64,000 nt of DNA from Malacoraja senta (taxonomy: Eukaryota), in assembly GCA_038087875.1 (NCBI GenBank), contig CM075978.1, positions 32,240,001 through 32,304,000 on the forward strand, read 5' to 3'. Below the pieces are notes generated by a model that was not told the DNA's origin, did no database searches, and saw nothing but the letters and a program-made list of their open reading frames with translations. Within the stretch, counting starts at the first letter, position 1; each line of letters opens with the position of its first letter. Shown one piece after another: positions 34,389-47,218 of this stretch. The translations under genes and the position numbers were made by a program.

Positions 34389-37300
34389 CAACCAGTGTTT
34401 ACATCATATGACAGCATCAGTGTTTTCTGACAATGCTGCCGTGCAATTGATATGTCGGAGTTAAATTATTTAACAATTAAGAGGAAGTTTGCCATTTCTA
34501 ATATAAATTCAAGCTATCTACAATGGATGCTGATAAAGGACAATTGTATGTGTGACAGTAACTATAGCAGGAAAAAAGCGTGGCATGCTATTTTTGTATG
34601 GGATCCTCAGATTATTAGATTTTTTTAAATTTAGCATGTTCTCTATTCTGTTTTTTAAATGGTTAAAGGAAGAAAGAAACTAACAGTAGTGAGAGGTGCT
34701 CTGTTGGTTTGACCATTGCTTCAGTTTGACTCAAAATTATAGAATTATATGAACTGCAATCATTAGACCTTTAAACTATTCACATACCTCTTATGTGATG
34801 ATTGGATTTCCCTTTTGAATGAAATGCTTTTATTTGTAAATCCTTTAAACTTTCCTTGATATTAAGGTATTGTCACCCATGATAAATTATTGTAAGCATG
34901 TCACCACATAGTGGAAGTCAAGTATAATTGAATGATACTCAGTCAGAATTAGATTTGGCATGATATTCTAAAAAAAAAGGCTCAATTCAGAGTTTCCACT
35001 TGCTTCTGCTAAACTTGTCACTTGTAGGTGCTAAAGTGCTTGTTGTGTTAGTTTAATTAGTCAACAAATTATTCGCCACTTGATTGCATGGTTGATCACA
35101 TTCTGCATGGAGATATTAACGAGTGACAAGAGTCTCTTACACAGGGAGCTAAAAAGATAGGGCTCTTCTATATCGCTTCATTCGGCACTGCAAATGTTTA
35201 TTAGATCATGTGCCCCGCATGTCTGAAAATGCGAGGCAAGAAAAAAAATTTGCAGACTTGCACTCATCTGAGTCTAAAAGGTCACCTCGCAATTGGTGTG
35301 TAAGGAGTGTAAATAAGATAAGTGTTTGCTCCTACAATGCCTTAGAAATTCATTATTTGCTCCAGTTGCTCCAGATATCCCTTTGAGTTATTTCACTTAA
35401 GGAGAATTTATGGCAAGACAGAGTGGTTCTTGAAAGTGCTATAGCAACTGGAGTTGAAGACTTATTCTACAGGCTCATGGATCGACAAGAATAGTCTGCA
35501 AATTGCTTGTATTTGTATTCAAAATAAAAAGATGCAGGCAAAAATGATTAAATATTCCATGAAACAGATGGGTTTTCTTCAGCATAAATGCCATAGTTAA
35601 TTTACTGTCACTTTCTGTTTTGCCGGAACAAATTACTATGTTAATAAAACTCTGCAAAGCTGATGAATGAGAATCATCGAGTCAGCCATCACAAAAGGAC
35701 TTCTCTATTCATGTTTTGGCAAGACTTAACAACAAAAGGGAGTGGATCCTTTTCATGTTATAGTTTTTCAAAAGTATCTGTGAATGAGTTCACAGTATCT
35801 CTGCTAATACATGGATTTTTGTTTTTGGCATTTTTGTTCTAAATTAGATGAAAGGTCTTCACTAATGCCAATGGCTACTCCGGACAGAGTTTATGAAATA
35901 GTCTAAATCTGCTTTTAAAGTATTCTTTGAAGGTCCTTTCAAGAAATCTCTTTCCAAATTTAAACTATGGAACATTAAACATTATCCAACCTACAAATAT
36001 TATTCAACCTACAAATTTATGAATACATGTAGAAAATGTAATATATTTAGTTAAGGATACCCATGAGATTATGCATCCATTCACATCAGGATCTTGAGGA
36101 AGGATGTGAGACATTAGCTGGGTTTGTTTAGGAAAATATTGGCTGCAGCTTTCTTTTGACTCAAGCGTGCATGATTTTTGTTTTGTACCTAAAAATATCT
36201 TTTTTTTTTTAATCATTATATCACAGGTTTATAATTTGAGAATAGATGTGTCAATTTTGTTGACAATACATGTGAATAAATTGTAATCTGCAAAATAAAC
36301 AATGTTTTGATATGAAAGATTACTCTGGAGATTGTTCTTAAATTTGACTTTTATTGAAAAAATCTGAAACTCCCTGCAAAGCAGCCTTAAAATCATCTCA
36401 AGATATAATAAACTCTCCATTTTGTTTTCTTTTTGGGAGTTGGCAATTGAAAAAATAAACTGTCACTCATTTTCCTTGTGCAGTTTGATAGCCAGACGCT
36501 GCCAGTTGTTGCTAGGGTAGTCATGCTGTTAAATTAGGTCTAATGAACAAGTAATTGCTTTATATATAGTGAACAGTTTCAAAGAAAACAAGGATTCTAA
36601 TTGATTTGCAATTTGTTTGCCACATTGCATTGTCTAGTTTACTATTGATTAGTCGGCTGTATTTCACACTGCATGTGTTTCCCTTTATGAAGGGAATAAC
36701 AGGTTACTGATTACTTTCCTCCTGGGTTTAATGTAGCAGTTAATGTCTACTTTGTTCCTGTGTCATGTTGCAGGGCAGGCACGGATAATATGCAAGTGGG
36801 TGGCCCTTTGCTCATAAAGTTCTCCACTGGTGTGAGATGTGTATTCCATGGCATGTTGAAAGGAAGATCACTGAAAAGGGTTAGAATAGCAAGAGTCATA
36901 GTTTATGGCCTGTGCAAGACCAGCACAGGACTGCAAACTTAGCTTTTCACTTACGGTGTCAGTACAACATAGCATTAGCACGCATCTTTTTTAAAGATTG
37001 TATAATTTGTTGACATACATTGCAGCAAAGTATTAGAAAACAACAGAAGAAAACATTGCTCTGAATGGTTTGTCAAATTTTAAAATATTCTTTAAAACTT
37101 TTAAATTCATATTTAATCATCTTCGTAATTTCAATGCGGCATTTTGAAATTAGACACTTTAACAAATAAATAAGTGGACACAAAAATATACTTTCTCTGG
37201 ACTAAAGCAGGATTAAACTGCCTGTTGAATGCATGAAATTATTACTTCGCATTTCAAGTGCAGGAAATATCCAAATGAAAATAATTGTGCCGAACAATTA

Positions 37301-38227
37301 CTACCAAAATACAATGATTATATAAAGTAAACTGTAGTCTGTGAACATTGAATTGCACGTTAGCTAATTGTTAATTTTAGCAAATGCCATGGCTAATTAC
37401 TGTGGCACACATTGACGATTAGCATGATGCCCCACCACCTGCTTTTTCTTATGAGCAGATTTCTTCATTGCTGGCAGCAGTGCAAGTGGTACAATTATTG
37501 ACTATCAGTGGGGCAATTTTTCAGCCATTCTTTTGTGTGAATTGAATAAAACATAATGCCATATTTTATGAAAGGGCAAATAGATGTTTGCCACAAACAG
37601 GACGTTCATATTTGAGGGATGCAATGAAGTTTTCCTTGGGAGTGTTGACTCAAAGTGAGGCAAAGTTAACACATTTATCGTTCATTGCATGAATACAATA
37701 GACTACTGCACTTCACCATGCTAATATTTATTATCTGACATCCATGAAAATAAACTCCTCAATTAAAATACATTTGAAAATATATTTTGAGGTAAAATAT
37801 ATTTATTTGAAAATTAGCAACATCAACATAGGAAACATATTAATGAGGGCAGTGATTCTGACTGACCCTATCCCACATTTACTCAAAATACAAACAGAAT
37901 TTATTTCTCAACAATCTAAAATCACAAGGATGCAACCCCTATAAAAGCCTACAATGTGGAAAAGCAGATTGAATTATCTTAACATCTGAAAATTAAAAGA
38001 TAAATTAAAGTACAACATTTTACATCTAAGTGTAAGCACAGAACAGGAATAGTTTTGCATATTGCAATGGATTTAGTCAGTTTAATTGACCAGAAAAAAT
38101 CCAATAAGTCTACTCACGGGCATGTAATACACACCAGTCATTGCATTCATACATAAAACTAGAGCAGTACAAGAGGAATGTCTGATTTGTCAAATGTTCC
38201 TTGGCTTGAAGATCAGGAACCGTTTAA

Positions 38228-38754
38228 GATGCATGCAATTTTGGTCGCCCCATTACAGGAAAGATTATGGAGGCTTTGGAGAGGGTGCAGAAGATGTTAC
38301 CAGAATTTTGACTGGATTAGAGGGTTTTAGCTACAGGGAGACTTTGGATGGTTTTCTCTGGAATGTCAGAGGTTGAGGGGAAACTGGATAAAAGTATATA
38401 AAATTATGAGAGGCATGGATAGGGTAGACAGTCAGAAACATTTTCCCAGGGTGGAAATATTTAACACTCGAGGGGATAGCTATAAACTGAGAGGGTTTAA
38501 TAGAGATGTGCAGGGCAAGTGTTTTACACAGAGAGTGGTAGGGGCCTGGAACGCATTGCAAGGAGTGGTGGTGAAGGCACATATGATAGTGGCGTTTAAG
38601 AGGCTTTTAGATAGGTACATGGAAGTGCAGGGAATAGAGGGATATGGATCATGTACAGGCAGATGAGATCAGTTTAACTAGACATCATGTTCGACATAAA
38701 CATTGTGGGCCGAAGGATCTGTTGCTGTACTGTACTGTTCTATGTTCTATGTTC
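38228..38754 (+). mobile_element. CR1-clade LINE 3' fragment
   Basis: CMQFWSPHYRKD, KVYKIMRGMDRVD..FTQRVVGAWNAL; tail (TGTTCTA)n. Confidence 0.9.
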
Positions 38755-38944
38755 AGAGACAATGGAAAATTTGACAGGTTTGTGTGAGAGTGAACTTCTA
38801 AATAGAGGCAGGTACAAGTGATCAGAGTTTAACAGCTGTTCTAAACTAACATTGGCAGGTTAACACTCACTCTATATCCTGCATCACAAATAGTAAACCC
38901 CAAACTTTGTGAAATAAATTATATGTGGGCATATTAGTGTCAGA

Positions 38945-39281
38945 GAGTGTAGAGACAGTACCTTTGGCCCACTGAGTCCATGCTGACCATCAACTATCCA
39001 TTTACACTAATCGTGCATTAATCTTATGTTTCTTTTTCTCCACAAATTCTCATAAAATTCCCCTAGATTCTACCACTCTCCTACACTTTACAAGAATCAA
39101 TTAACCCACCAACTCGCTCATCATTGGGATGAGGGAGAAAGCTGGAACATCGAAAGTAAAACCATGCAGTCCAAGGGAGAACATGCAAATTCCGCACAGA
39201 CAGGACCCAACGTCAGAATTGAACCTGTGTCTCTGGAGCAGTGAGGCAATGGCTCTATTACCTTTGGCAGTGTGCCACCCT
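38945..39281 (-). mobile_element. HE1-like V-SINE, older
   Basis: CCTTTGGCCCACTGAGTCC...CAATTAACC...GTCAGAATTGAACC. Confidence 0.75.
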
Positions 39282-39789
39282 GTTTGGAGACTCAATCATT
39301 TTACAAACATTATTGGAGAGCAGACATCATTACTTCACGCATTATTGAACGTATTTAAAAAAAACTAAAGTTATCCTCAATCCTGAGCCATTGAAAACGC
39401 ATTGAATTTCATAGCACACCTCACCCACTTCAGAAAAATACAATATTTCTTGTCCAACATGGACAAGGATGGATCATCATCACATTATGAAAGATAATCA
39501 GTTGTAGAGTTTGCGGTTATTTAGCACTAGCGCGTCACACACCACATTCAGCCAAGGCAGCAGCCTCTTCGTGATTGAGACCAAGACTAATCAATGAATA
39601 ATTTACCTTGTAGTATCTGTCCTGTCAATATCACATTCATTCTTTTGTAAAATTGAATGCAGAACTTTTGATTGAGTATCCTTGGTTCTTGAATGAAGTG
39701 ATCTTCACGTAATTGAGTATTTAACCCGTAGACCTTGATCAAGGATTATGGATAAAACATGTAGGAAGAATCTTCACTGAACTCCAAAA

Positions 39790-40235
39790 CAATGGCACAA
39801 CTAAAAGAGCTCCTGCCCTACTGTTCCAGTGACTTATATCCTTTATCTGTGCACTGTGGATGGCATGGTTGTATTCATGTATAGTCTTTGCTTAGACTGG
39901 ATTGCATGCAAACAAAGGCTTGTCACTGTACATTGGTATATATGACAATAATAAATAAAATAAAATAAACTAAGGTGCCTGAGTGGATTTTACACAATCC
40001 CCCTGTACAGGTTTTTTCTGGGTGTTCCAGTTTCCTCCCACATCCTGTGGGTTGGTTCGTTAATTGGCCAGTGTAAAATGCCCTTAGTAAGTAGATGAGT
40101 GGTAGAATCTGGAGAGAATAAATTGGGTTAGGGTAGAATTTAGTGCAAAAATGGGTGTTTGGTGGTTGGCCTGAATTCGGTGGGCTGAAGGGCAATATTT
40201 CTGTATTCTATGCTGTATTTCTCAATTACTATATG
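39790..40235 (+). mobile_element. Decayed V-SINE with an inserted Rex1-tail fragment (~39835-39970)
   Basis: V-domain CCAGTTTCCTCCCACATCC..TAATTGGCC..TGTAAA; GACAATAATAAA tail inside. Confidence 0.6.
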
Positions 40236-40499
40236 ATGTCTGGCATATGAGTTTGAGGATCAAGCTGTGTAATGCATGTTGTTCACTGTGCTTGAATGAA
40301 ATAAAAATGGTGAAAGACAACAGAAATTATTGAAAAGAAACTTTATGTGGATCACTCAGCCATCATTATCCAGGGTTCTAATGGCATTTAATTTAAGTAT
40401 AACCTCATCTACTGCACTCAAAGTTCCCTATGTGATTTCCTCTTTACATTAGCAAGGCCAAGCATAGACTAGGTGACTATTTCACCAAACACTGTGTCC

Positions 40500-41797
40500 A
40501 TATACCATTGAATAAATATATACACACATGAATAATTAAACTGATAAAGTGCAAATAAACAGATTATTGGCTATTAATGTTCAGAGTTTTGTCCGAGCCG
40601 AGTTTAATAGCCTGATGGCTGTGGGGAAGTAGCTGTTCCTGAACCTGGTTGTTGCTGTCTTCAGGCTCCTGTACCTTCTACCTGAAGGTGATGGGGAGAT
40701 GAGTGTATGGCCTGGATGGTGTGGGTCCTTGATGATACTGCCAGCCTTTTTGAGGCAGCGACTGTGATAGATCCCCTCGATGGAAGGGAGGTCAGAGCCG
40801 ATGATGGACTGGGCAGTGTTTACTACTTTTTGTAGTCTTTTCCGCTCCAGGGCGCTCAAGTTTCCGAACCAAGCCACGATGCAACCAGTCAGCATGCTCT
40901 CCACCTGTAGAAGTTAGAGAGAGTCCTCCTTGACATACCTACTCTCCATAATCTTCTCAGGAAGTAGAGGCGCTGATGTGCTTTCTTTATGATTGCATCA
41001 GTGTTCTCGGACCAGGAAAGATATTCAGAGATATGCACGCCCAGGAATTTGAAGCTCTTGACCCTTTCCACCATCGACCCGTTGATATAAACAGGACTGT
41101 GGGTCCCCATCCTCCCCCTTCCGAAGTCCACAATCAGTTCCTTGATTTTGCTGGTGTTGAGGGCCAGGTTATTTTGCTGGCACCATTTGGTCAGTCGGTC
41201 GATCTCACTTCTGTACTCTGACTCGTCCCCATCAGTGATACGTCCCACAACAGTGGTGTCGTCAGCGAACTTGATGATGGAGTTCGCACTATGACCAGCT
41301 ACGCAGTCATGAGTATAGAGTGAGTACAGCAGGGGGCTAAGCACGCAGCCTTGAGGTGCTCCCATGCTGATTGTTATTGAGGCTGACACATTTCCACCAG
41401 TACGAACTGACTGTGGTCTGTGAATGAGGAAGTCGATGATCCAATTGCAGAGGGATGCGCAGAGACCCAGTTCTGCGAGTTTGGTAACCAGCTTGGAGGG
41501 AATGATTGTATTAAATGCCAAGCTGTAATCAATGAATAACAGCCTGACATATGAGTTTTTGTTGTCCAAGTGGTCCAGAGCGGAGTGGAGGGCCAGCGAG
41601 ATCGCATCCACCGTTGATCTGTTGTGGCGGTAAGCGAACTGCAGAGGGTCCAGGTTTTTGTCGAGGTAGGAGTTGATTTGCACCATGATCAACCTCTCAA
41701 AGCACTTCATCACGACAGACGTTAGTGCCACTGGTCGATAGTCATTGAGGCACGTCACCTTGCTCTTCTTGGGCACCGGTATAATTGATGCCCTTTT
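40500..41797 (-). mobile_element. Rex1/Babar LINE, 5'-truncated, RT domain well preserved
   Basis: 295-aa ORF 40889-41776: [49 protein letters not shown]; frameshift near 40900, C-terminus continues in 40581-40904. Confidence 0.95.
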
Positions 41798-41839
41798 AAT
41801 TGATATAATTGATTATACACCGGTATAATTGATGCCAAT

Positions 41840-41980
41840 TCATTGTGATCATGGCTGATCGTCCCCAATCAATAACCCGTGCCTGCCTTCTCCCCATATC
41901 CCTTGATTGCACTAGCCCCTAGAGCTCTATCTAACTCTCTCTTAAATCCATCCGGTGATTTGGCCTCCACTGCCCTCTGT
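41840..41980 (-). mobile_element. CR1/HER1 3' fragment
   Basis: GTGATCATGGCTGATC..CCTGCCTTCTCCCCATATCCC. Confidence 0.8.
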
Positions 41981-42181
41981 AAAAAAGCACCTTTTTGTAA
42001 AAAAAGCACCCACAATTCCTTGTAAATCCATGTGCTGTCAATAATCTTACTGTACCAAGCAATAATTGGAATACTGAAAGATATGCCTGGACACTTTCTG
42101 ATACAGTAGCCATTCTATCTGAGATGAATGTGAAAATCACATGGTTAAGTATGTTAATGAGAACAATCATATTATGCCTAT

Positions 42182-42511
42182 GGTACACAAAAATGCTGGA
42201 GAAACTCAGCGGGTGCAGCAGCATCTATGGAGCGAAGGAAACAGGCAACGTTTCGGGCCGAAACCCTTGACATTTTCAAATGATACTTCACCCATTGACA
42301 TATTACACCCTCTTGACTTTGGTAACTGGCAAGAATAAACACCAAACACTTGTAGAGTTGCTACAACAACCAGAAGAGAACAGTCTGAAGAAGGGTTTCG
42401 GCCCGAAACGTTGCCTGTTTCCTTCGCTCCATAGATGCTGCTGCACCCGCTGAGTTTCTCCAGCATTTTTGTGTACCTTCGATTTTCCAGCATCTGCAGT
42501 TCCTTCTTTAA
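42182..42511 (+). mobile_element. Penelope-like insertion: perfect 87-bp inverted repeats, unrecognised spacer, 14-bp TSD
   Basis: 42182-42268 is the exact reverse complement of 42391-42477; CATATTATGCCTAT at 42168-42181 and 42512-42525. Confidence 0.92.
42379..42420 (+). ncRNA. Putative minimal type-I hammerhead ribozyme core in the PLE terminal repeat
   Basis: CTGAAGA (42385-42391) - A - GGGT/TTCG/GCCC stem II - GAAA (42405-42408) - CGTT. PLEs are known to carry minimal hammerheads; activity is untested. Confidence 0.55.
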
Positions 42512-42637
42512 CATATTATGCCTATAATCACCAGAAAAGCTAAAAGTAAAAATCTGACTTCAATTTTCATAAAATCAAATTAGGCCTTCAGAAGATGAGG
42601 CTGGTGACTAAGTGATATTACCATTACATAATAAGTA

Positions 42638-43063
42638 GTAAACACTGCCCAGTCGATCATCGGCTCTGACCTCCCTTCCATCGAGGGGATCTATCATAGT
42701 CGCTGCCTCAAAAAGGCTGGCAGTATCATCAAGGACCCACACCATCCTTGCCACACACTCATCTCCCTACTACCTTCAGGTAGAAGGTACAGGAGCCTGA
42801 AGACTGCAACGAGCAGGTTCAGGAATAGCTACTTCCCCACAGCCATCAGGCTATTAAACCTGGCTCGGACATAATACTGAACTTTATTAGCCAATACTGT
42901 TATTTGCACTTTATCAATATATTGATTCATGTGTGTATATATTTATAGAATGCCTTGTAGTCAATGCCTACTATGTTCTGTTGTGCTGAAGCAAAGCAAG
43001 AATTTCATTGTCCCATCAGGGACACATGACAATAAACTCACTTGAACTTGAACTTGAACTTGA
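42638..43063 (+). mobile_element. Rex1/Babar 3' end, same family as 40500-41797, opposite orientation
   Basis: Reverse-complement match to ~40510-40825; tail GACAATAAACTC(ACTTGA)n. Confidence 0.92.
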
Positions 43064-43124
43064 GAAATAATTTGTATTTGAATCAAAGTTCGATGGATGC
43101 CTTACTTTTGTTTATTTTTCTGCC

Positions 43125-43458
43125 TAGTTCAGTACGCTCTATGTCAAGCATTCCCAAATGTGTGCTATACGGGGAGGTCGGCAGTGCACAGAGACCAAGA
43201 GGAAGACCAAAGCTGCAAAAATATGATTAAAAGGGATATGACAAATTTAACATTGGCTCTGACAACTGGAAAGCGGCTGCTGTTGACCGGGGCAGGTGGA
43301 GAAAGGACCTCCAGAAGGGAATGACGTACCACAATAGCAAGCGGTTCAAACCCTGAAGGCCAGGTGCCTATGCCACAAAATGGTCAACAGCAAAGCACCT
43401 CCCAATCCGACAGTCAGAGACAACATCACCTGTGGAAGCTGTGGGATGATCTGCCTGT
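43125..43458 (+). mobile_element. RTE-clade LINE C-terminal remnant
   Basis: IPKCVLYGEV....RPRGRPK..., then KRDM and AVDRGRWR motifs, and a terminal C..C remnant. Confidence 0.75.
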
Positions 43459-43459
43459 C

Positions 43460-45285
43460 AGAGAGTCATAAAGTCATAAGCGTGGAAACAGGCCCTTTGG
43501 CCCAACTTGCCCACACAGACCAACATGCCTCAGTCTCAACTAGTCCCAGCTGCTTGCATTTGGCCCATATCCCTCCAACCCTGTCCTATCCATGTGTCTG
43601 TCCAAATTTTTTATTTTTATTTTATTAGAAGTAAGTACAATTGTATACAATCATATTTTCATAATACCTTTTATGTACAGCTTATTTAAAAAATGTTTTG
43701 AAATAAAGAAGAAAAAGAAAAAAGTTAGATAATGAAAAATAGAAAAATGTAAGATATATAGTGTGTGAAAAAGAAAAATAAAGAATGAAAAAAGAAAGTT
43801 GAGACATAGAAAATAGAAGAAAGAGAATAAAAGAAAAGAAGAGAAGAAAAGAAAATAGAAGGAGATCATTTATAATCGTGACCATCCGCAGTCACGGATT
43901 AGCTTTTACACCTGTTTTGCACCATACGTTTCCAAAAAGACGACAAATGGAGACCAACTCGTTATGAATTGGTCAAATTTATCTATTAGGAGGAATCGCA
44001 TTTCCTCAAGATGTGCGGTATCCAACATACTTGCAATCCACATTTTGAGCGTTGGTATTGGTGTTTTTTTCCAAAATTTCAATATTAATTTTTTGCTATT
44101 ATTAAACCATAATTAAAAATTGACTTTTGAGATTAGCTCAATTTGTTCCCGTCTTCCATTACCCCAAATATAATCAATTCATTATTGGGTTCCATTTTTG
44201 TCTTAAATAGTTTTGTAAATATTTCGAAAATATCACTCCAAAATCCATGAAGTTTTATACAAGAAACAAAAGAGTGTGTTATAGTTGCATCTTGGGTTAA
44301 ACATTTATCGCAAATGGGCGATATATTTGGATAAAATTTATTTAATCTTGTTTTTGAGTAATATAATCTATGTAAAATTTTAAATTGGATTAGATTATGT
44401 CTTGCGTTAATCGAACACTTGTGAATGTATGTCAAATACTTTTCCCAGTCCAAATGGTTCTTAAATGTTGTGATAGTACCTGCCTCAACTACCTCCCCCA
44501 GCAGCTCGTTACATACACCTACCACTTATCTACAATACAACCTAATTTAGTGGCAGCTGTAAACTTGCTAATCATGCCTGGTACATTCTCATCCAAAACA
44601 ATGATATAGATAACAAACAGCAATGGGTCTGACACAAAACCCTGAGGCAGGCCATTAGTCACAGGCCACCAGTCCAAAAAACAACCTTCCACCATCAACC
44701 TCTGCTTCCTTCCATGAAGCCAATTTTCTATCCATTCAGCTATCTCTCCTTGGATCTCTCCTTGATCTGCCTTCCAGGCTGAACCTTGTCAAATGCCTTG
44801 CTGATATCCATACATATAATATCTACATCTCTGCCCACATCAAGCTTTTTGGTCACATCTTCTAAAAACTCAATCTGATTCGTGAGACAGAATCTCCCAT
44901 GTACAAAACCGTGCTGACTGTCCCTCTAAATGTATGTATATCTTATCCCTCAGGATACTCTTTAGTAACCTTTCAACCACAAATGTTAGGCTGACTGGCC
45001 TGTAGCTCCCAGTCTTTTCCCTGCATCCCTTCTTAAATAGAGGCGCAACATTTGCTACCCTTCAGCCTTACGGCACCTCAACCTTTTTTAATGACGACTT
45101 GTAAATCTCAGCTAGGGCACCTGTAATCTCCTCTCCAGCTTCCCACAATGTCCTTGGATGTATCTGATCAGGCCTGGGAGATTTGTCTACCTTCATGTGC
45201 GTTAGGACCTTCAGCATCTCCTCAACCATAATACTGGCTGCCCTCAAGACACTTGCATTGACTGCCCATCTCTCCCGGTCCTCAG
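43460..45285 (-). mobile_element. CR1-clade LINE fragments interrupted by L1
   Basis: CR1 tail 43460-43607 resumes at 44448 (GTCCAAATGGTTCTTAAATG); further CR1 ORF2-like sequence at 44580-45285. Confidence 0.75.
43608..44447 (-). mobile_element. L1-clade LINE 3' fragment with A-rich tail and 8-bp TSD
   Basis: LIQFKILHRLYYSKTRL...CDKC.....TITHSFVSC..L..FW (L1 C-terminal CCHC region); GTCCAAAT at 43600-43607 and 44448-44455. Confidence 0.9.
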
Positions 45286-45489
45286 CAGCCAGTTCCCAGT
45301 TGTCAAGGATAGGCCTAGCCAGTCACTCTAGAAAATGCAACCGCAGATGAAACATTCCCCTTTCCAGGTAAGGCAAAGTCAAAACCACACTATCATCTTG
45401 ATGGGCCGAATGGCCTAATTATGCTCCTATCACTTATGAACTTATCTCTCGCAGATCGATGGATGCCAACGACAAAGTTCATTATGTAA

Positions 45490-46290
45490 ATGAAAGTCAG
45501 ACAATGACTATATCCAACAAGAGAAGATCCAGCAATCACCATCGACATTCAATGGTATTACCATCACTAAATCCCCCACTCTTATTACCTTGGTGATTAT
45601 CATTGGTCAGAAACTGAAATGGATCCAGCCATCGCCCTCAACATACAATGGAATTACAATCACTAAATTATCCTGTCATTAATACCCTGATGATTATCCT
45701 GTGGCTACAAGAGCAGGTCAGAGATGAGGAATTGTGCAACAAGTAACTCAACATCCTAACTTCCCAAAGCCTGATCATCATCTACAAGGCTCACATCAGG
45801 AATGTGATGGAATACTCTCCAATTACATGCACGAGTGCAGCTTCAAAAACACTCAAAAATCTTAACACAATCCAGGACATACTGTAGCAGCCCATTTGAT
45901 AGCCAACCCTGTCCACAACCATTCACTCATTCCACCATTGACACAAAGTTACAGCACTTTGTTCCAATTGCAGGGTGCACTTCAGCTACTCACCATGACT
46001 CCTTAAACATCACCTTCCAAACCAATAACCTCTACCAGCTAGAAGAACAAAGGGAGCAAAAATTGGAACACCACTAACTGTAAGTTGCCCTCCAAACCGC
46101 ACCCCATCCTGAATTGGAAATATATCGTTGTTCCTTCACCATCACTGGGTCAAAATCCTGGTATGCCCATATTTCAAGGATGGGTGTAGTTCAAGATGGC
46201 AGCTCATTACCACCTTCTCAAAGGTAATTAGGGATGGGCAATTAAATGCTGGTTCAACCTATGAACACTCACATGAATGAATAAAAGAAT
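45490..46290 (+). mobile_element. Old CR1/L2-group LINE 3' part
   Basis: ATCTACAAGGCTCACATCAGGAATGTGATGGAATACTCTCC (IYKA..R.VMEYS) and tail shared with 4290-4486. Confidence 0.7.
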
Positions 46291-46589
46291 AGTTATAACA
46301 TTGAACTATTTCATCCATCTTAAATTGGTCAGTGAAACTGGTAATTTAAAACATAATAGACTTGCTTTGTATAGCTATACTGTACAAGTAAATTGGATGG
46401 CATCTGCCTGAATACAGGTCCAGAGCCATTGACTCAAGTACATAACACCATCATTGATGGAGATCAAGCTTAGAGGGCAAGCAACGCACATCTCAGCCAT
46501 TCACTTAAGGAACTATACAATTGGAGCAGAAAGCATATCAACTGTTCAAAGCATGAAAGCAGAATAATGGTTTACCGGATCACTGAAAA

Positions 46590-47218
46590 AGACAATAGAC
46601 AATAGGTGCTGGAGTAGGCCATTCGGCCCTTTGAGCCAGCACTGCCATTCAATGTGATCATGGCTGATCATCCCCAATCAGTACCCCGTTCCTGCCTTCT
46701 CCCCATATCCCCTGACTCTGCTATTTTAGGAGTCCTATCTAGCTCTCTCTTGAAAGCATCCAGAGAACCTACCTCCACCGCCCTCTGAGGCAGAGAATTC
46801 CACAGACTCACCACTCTCTGTGAGAAAAAGTGTTTCCTCGTCTCCGTTCTAAATGGCTTACTCCTTATTCTTAAACTGTGGCCCCTGGTTCTGGACTCCC
46901 CCAACATCGGGAACAAGTTTCCTACCTCTAGCGTGTCCAAACCATTAACAATCTTATATGTTTCAATGATAATCCCTCTCATCCTTCTAAACTCCAGAGT
47001 GTACAAGCCCAGTTGCTCCATTCTCTCAGCATATGACAGTCCCGCCATCCCGGGAATTAACCTTGTAAACCTATGCTGCACTCCCTCAATAGCAAGAATG
47101 TCCTTCCTCAAATTAGGGGACCAAAACTGCACACAATAGTCCAGGTGTGGTCTCACTAGGGCTCTGTACAACTGCAGAAGAACCTCTTTGGTCCTATATT
47201 CGATTCCTCTTGTTATAA
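46590..47218 (-). mobile_element. Young CR1/HER1 3' fragment
   Basis: 167-aa ORF YRALVRPHLDYCVQFWSPNLRKDILAIEGVQ; tail (GACAATA)n. Confidence 0.93.

Noticed and set aside
35025-35090. TAAAGTGCTT resembling the miR-17/20 family 5' end
   Set aside because: Similarity decays after ~10-16 nt and no good hairpin forms with the downstream arm.
43651-43885. Phe/Leu-rich ORFs resembling membrane proteins
   Set aside because: They translate the low-complexity pyrimidine-rich L1 3' UTR.
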